A stretch of 64,000 nucleotides of DNA from positions 61,712-125,711 of the forward strand of contig CAYGSD010000008.1 in assembly GCA_964352625.1 (NCBI GenBank), given 5' to 3'. Of the stretch, positions 60,802 through 64,000 are shown in pieces. The notes under the pieces were generated by a model. The model was not told the DNA's origin. It saw only the letters and a list, made by a program, of their open reading frames with translations, and did not search any database. The stretch comes from an uncultured Roseivirgaceae bacterium. Lineage in GTDB: Bacteria; Bacteroidota; Bacteroidia; Cytophagales; Cyclobacteriaceae. Within the stretch, counting starts at the first letter, position 1. Each line of letters begins with the position of its first letter. The translations under genes were made by a program, and so were the position numbers.

Positions 60802-62031
60802 GTGAACAAAAAGAAAATAATCAATGACCCTATATACGGGTTCATTTCCATACCAAACGAGCTGGTCTTCGATATTATTGAGCACCGATATCTCCAACGA
60901 ATGCGCCGGATTCGACAACTCGGCGTAAGCGACTTGGTTTACCCGGGTGCGGTTCATTCAAGATTCCATCATGCACTTGGCGCCATGCATTTGATGACCA
61001 AAGCCTTAAACACCCTACGAGACAAAGGGCATGATGTTAGTGACAAGGAAATGGAGGCAGCTCAAATCGCTATCCTTCTTCATGACCTTGGGCATGGACC
61101 ATTTTCTCATTCGTTGGAGTACAGTATTTTTCCAGAGCTCCCGCATGAGCAACTGAGTCTGCTTCTGATGAAGAGAATCAATGAAGAATTTGATGGAGCA
61201 TTGGATTTGGCTCTGGAAATTTTTCAAGGAACCTATCAAAGAAAATTTTTGAATCAATTGGTTTCTAGTCAATTGGATGTCGATCGGCTGGATTACCTCC
61301 AAAGAGATAGTTTTTTTACGGGCGTACAAGAAGGAACCATTGGCTCAGATCGGATCATTAAAATGCTCAATTTGGTAGATGATGAATTAGTCGTAGAAGA
61401 AAAAGGAATTTACAGCATCGAAAATTTCCTGAGCGCCCGAAGGTTAATGTACTGGCAGGTCTACTTGCACAAGGCAGCTGTGGGAGCGGATGTGATGCTG
61501 ACCAATCTGATAAAACGTGCTCGGAAATTAAGTCAGGAAAACAACTCATTTCAAGCCACACCCGGTCTACTCTTCTTTCTAAAAAATGAAACCACGTCCA
61601 ATGATTTTATTCAAAAACCAGAGCTCCTCGAAACTTTCTGCGAGTTGGATGACTCAGACATTTGGGGTTCTCTGAAATTCTGGGCTAAGAGTGACGATTT
61701 CATCTTATCTCAATTGAGCCAACATTTACTCAATCGCAGGCTGTATGCAATCGACCTCACGAATGAACTTCCTGAAAAAAGTAGGATAGCTGAATTGAGG
61801 CGAAAAGCTCAGACCCTATATGCGATCAATGAAAAGGAAAGTAAATCCTTCGTCAACAAAGGAACAGTCAGCAATGCTGCCTACGTGCTCAAAGACCAAA
61901 CGATCAATATCCTGACCAAATCAGGTGAGGTAAAGGACGTTGCTCAGGCTACCGACCTACCGAATATCAAAGCGATGAGCAAAATTGTGACAAAACACTA
62001 CCTCTGCTACCCCAAAGAATTAACTTTGTAA
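60802..62031 (+). CDS. HD domain phosphohydrolase (dGTPase-like).
   Basis: The translation has HSRFHH...HDLGHGPFSH motifs. Confidence 0.8.
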   Translation: MNKKKIINDPIYGFISIPNELVFDIIEHRYLQRMRRIRQLGVSDLVYPGAVHSRFHHALGAMHLMTKALNTLRDKGHDVSDKEMEAAQIAILLHDLGHGPFSHSLEYSIFPELPHEQLSLLLMKRINEEFDGALDLALEIFQGTYQRKFLNQLVSSQLDVDRLDYLQRDSFFTGVQEGTIGSDRIIKMLNLVDDELVVEEKGIYSIENFLSARRLMYWQVYLHKAAVGADVMLTNLIKRARKLSQENNSFQATPGLLFFLKNETTSNDFIQKPELLETFCELDDSDIWGSLKFWAKSDDFILSQLSQHLLNRRLYAIDLTNELPEKSRIAELRRKAQTLYAINEKESKSFVNKGTVSNAAYVLKDQTINILTKSGEVKDVAQATDLPNIKAMSKIVTKHYLCYPKELTL

Positions 62032-62054
62032 TACATCACTTAAAAACACAATTC

Positions 62055-63092
62055 ATGGAATTTACGCTGGGGCAAATTGCCGCTCTGATTGGAGGCAAAG
62101 TAGATGGGAATCCTGATCTGACTATATCAACAATTAGCAGCATTGAAGAGGCCAAGCCAGGCAGCATTTCATTCCTATCCAATCCTAAGTACGAGCCTCA
62201 CATTTACGAGACTAAGGCTTCTGGGGTAATTGTCAATAAGGATTTCATTCCTGCAAAAAAGATCGATTCCTCGCTCATCAGGGTAGAAAATGCCTACCTC
62301 GCTTTTACAGGTTTACTGAAAGAATACGAGCGAATCTTGAACTTCAGCAAAGAAGGAATAGAACAGCCATCTCATCTTCCATCCTCAGTTACTTATGGAG
62401 AAAATTTATTCTTAGGGGCCTTCGCTTATGTTGGAGTTGGTAGCAAAATTGGCAACAATGTAAAGATCCACCCGCAAGTCTACATTGGTGAAAATGTGAC
62501 GATCGGTGACAACACGATCATTTACCCGGGTGTTAAAATTTATCCCAATAGTAAAATCGGGAATTACTGCACCATTCAGGCAGGGGCCGTGATCGGGAGC
62601 CACGGATTTGGTTTTGCTCCAAAAGAGGATGGTTCCTATGAAAACATCCCTCAGATTGGGAATGTCATCATCGAAGACCATGTAGACATTGGTGCAAACA
62701 CAACGATCGACTGTGCCACCTTTGAATCGACAATCATTAGAAAGGGAGTGAAAATTGACAACCTTGTGCAGATCGGACACAATGTAGAGGTTGGAGACAA
62801 CACGGTGATTGCAGCCCTTTCGGGCATTTCCGGATCAACAAAAGTAGGGAAGCAGGTGATCATGGCTGGACAAGTCGGTATTGTTGGTCATATTAAAATT
62901 GCTGACAAAACCACCATTGGAGCCAAATCCGGCATCATGCGTAGCACAAAAGAAGGTCAGGTTCTCTGGGGATCGCCTGCCGTGGAGAAAGGCGATGAGG
63001 TGCGATCGCTGGTCGTTTATAGAAAGCTTCCAGAGATGATGAGAAGGATCGAAAAACTTGAGGAAAAAATTCTAAATTTGCCGTCCAATTAA
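62055..63092 (+). CDS. lpxD: UDP-3-O-(3-hydroxyacyl)glucosamine N-acyltransferase.
   Basis: There are left-handed beta-helix hexapeptide repeats and an LpxD N-terminal domain. The size is 345 aa. Confidence 0.9.
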   Translation: MEFTLGQIAALIGGKVDGNPDLTISTISSIEEAKPGSISFLSNPKYEPHIYETKASGVIVNKDFIPAKKIDSSLIRVENAYLAFTGLLKEYERILNFSKEGIEQPSHLPSSVTYGENLFLGAFAYVGVGSKIGNNVKIHPQVYIGENVTIGDNTIIYPGVKIYPNSKIGNYCTIQAGAVIGSHGFGFAPKEDGSYENIPQIGNVIIEDHVDIGANTTIDCATFESTIIRKGVKIDNLVQIGHNVEVGDNTVIAALSGISGSTKVGKQVIMAGQVGIVGHIKIADKTTIGAKSGIMRSTKEGQVLWGSPAVEKGDEVRSLVVYRKLPEMMRRIEKLEEKILNLPSN

Positions 63093-63107
63093 TCAAACCA
63101 TCCGCTA

Positions 63108-64000
63108 ACGCGTCAGGATGCAAATTTATCAGCACACCATCAAGGGACCGGTCGAAGTTGCCGGGGTAGGACTTCACACCGGGGTAAACGCTACCATGAC
63201 TTTCTTGCCCGCCAAGCCAAACCACGGCATCAAATTCCAACGAGTTGATCTTGAAGGTCAACCAGTTGTGGATGCAGATGTGGACAATGTGGTTGACCTT
63301 TCAAGAGGCACGACCATAGAGCAAAATGGTGCAAGAGTCAACACCGTCGAGCACACACTGGCCGCACTTGTCGGCTTAGAAATCGACAATGTACTCATCC
63401 AACTGGACGGTCCAGAGCCTCCGATCATGGATGGTAGTTCACGCCTATTTATTGATGCAATACTGGAGGTAGGGCTGCAGGAGCAAAATGCCCAAAGAGA
63501 TTTCTTCGAGATTCCAGAAAGCGTTTTTTATCAGGATAAAGAACGTGAAGTGGAAATAGCGGCTTTGCCGTTAGACGATTATCGGATCACGGTAATGGTA
63601 GATTACAAGTCCCCTGTGCTAGGAAGTCAGCATGCTTCACTCAACAATATTCAGGATTTCAAAGAGCAGATTTCCAGCTGCAGAACATTTTGTTTCCTTC
63701 ATGAAGTGGAGACACTTTATAAGCACAACTTGATTAAAGGTGGTGACTTGAGTAATGCCATTGTCGTGGTAGATCGGAAAGTTGAAGATGGGGAACTTGA
63801 CTACTTGGCGGATCTTCTTGGCAAACCAAAAGTGGAAGCGAGAGAAGAAGGCATTTTGAATAATGTGGAGCTTCGACATGCCAACGAGCCTGCACGCCAT
63901 AAGCTCCTGGATGTAGTTGGGGATTTAGCATTGGTGGGTAGACCAATCAAAGCTCAAATTTTAGCGGCACGACCCGGACATGCCGCCAATGTCGCTTTTG
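63108..64000 (+). CDS. lpxC: UDP-3-O-acyl-GlcNAc deacetylase LpxC (probably an LpxC/FabZ fusion); the 3' end lies outside the window.
   Basis: The hand translation from the ATG at 63108 is MQIYQHTIKGPVEVAGVGLHTGV...HTLAAL.... The ORF is open to the end of the window. It is absent from the ORF track because there is no stop in the window. Confidence 0.8.

Overview
This window reads as a 64-kb chromosomal segment of a Bacteroidetes genome (Flavobacteriia- or Cytophagia-like). It is gene-dense and lacks Shine-Dalgarno sequences. I see no CRISPR array, rRNA or tRNA gene, or transposase. Unless stated otherwise, family calls come from reading the supplied translations by eye against remembered family features; I could not run any searches.

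Most of it is ordinary housekeeping and envelope content:
- Metabolism: partial aldehyde dehydrogenase, sulfotransferase, the norspermidine pathway (CANSDH plus NspC with a DinB-family gene wedged between them), YchF, a ferredoxin, a LuxC-like acyl-CoA reductase, an aldo/keto reductase, AcnB, a YfcC transporter, AcnA, NDH-2, an SLC13 permease, a UvrD/PcrA helicase, a PlsB-like acyltransferase, GpsA, thioredoxin, alanine dehydrogenase, TsaE, a PorX-like PglZ response regulator, an HD-domain protein, LpxD and the start of LpxC.
- Envelope: two YceI paralogs, a DUF5916 protein, a DUF5103 protein, a zinc metalloprotease, an NfeD-flotillin pair and a CotH-family lipoprotein.
- A translationally coupled ~10-kb minus-strand block encoding two GLUG-motif surface lipoproteins, two porin-like beta-barrels, an M14 carboxypeptidase, two hydrolases and the SLC13 permease.

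The only region that looks accessory is 23.7–26.9 kb. It holds two small-molecule or sugar O-methyltransferases, a 46-codon N-terminal remnant of a DUF262 (GmrSD-type) gene that is cut off exactly at a methyltransferase start codon, and a protein with a CoiA-like zinc-finger/nuclease N-terminus fused to a ~270-aa Glu/Arg/Lys-rich coiled-coil tail. That tail is encoded by a ~900-nt purine-rich tract that also produces an artefactual overlapping ORF. I could not identify an intact, recognisable defence or other novel system. This island and the surface-protein operon, with its internal hairpin attenuator and a divergent HTH-membrane protein, are the best candidates for follow-up.

Other oddities are heptamer tandem repeats that form a long hairpin between convergent genes, a 38-codon Lys-rich small ORF, and several clean Rho-independent terminators.
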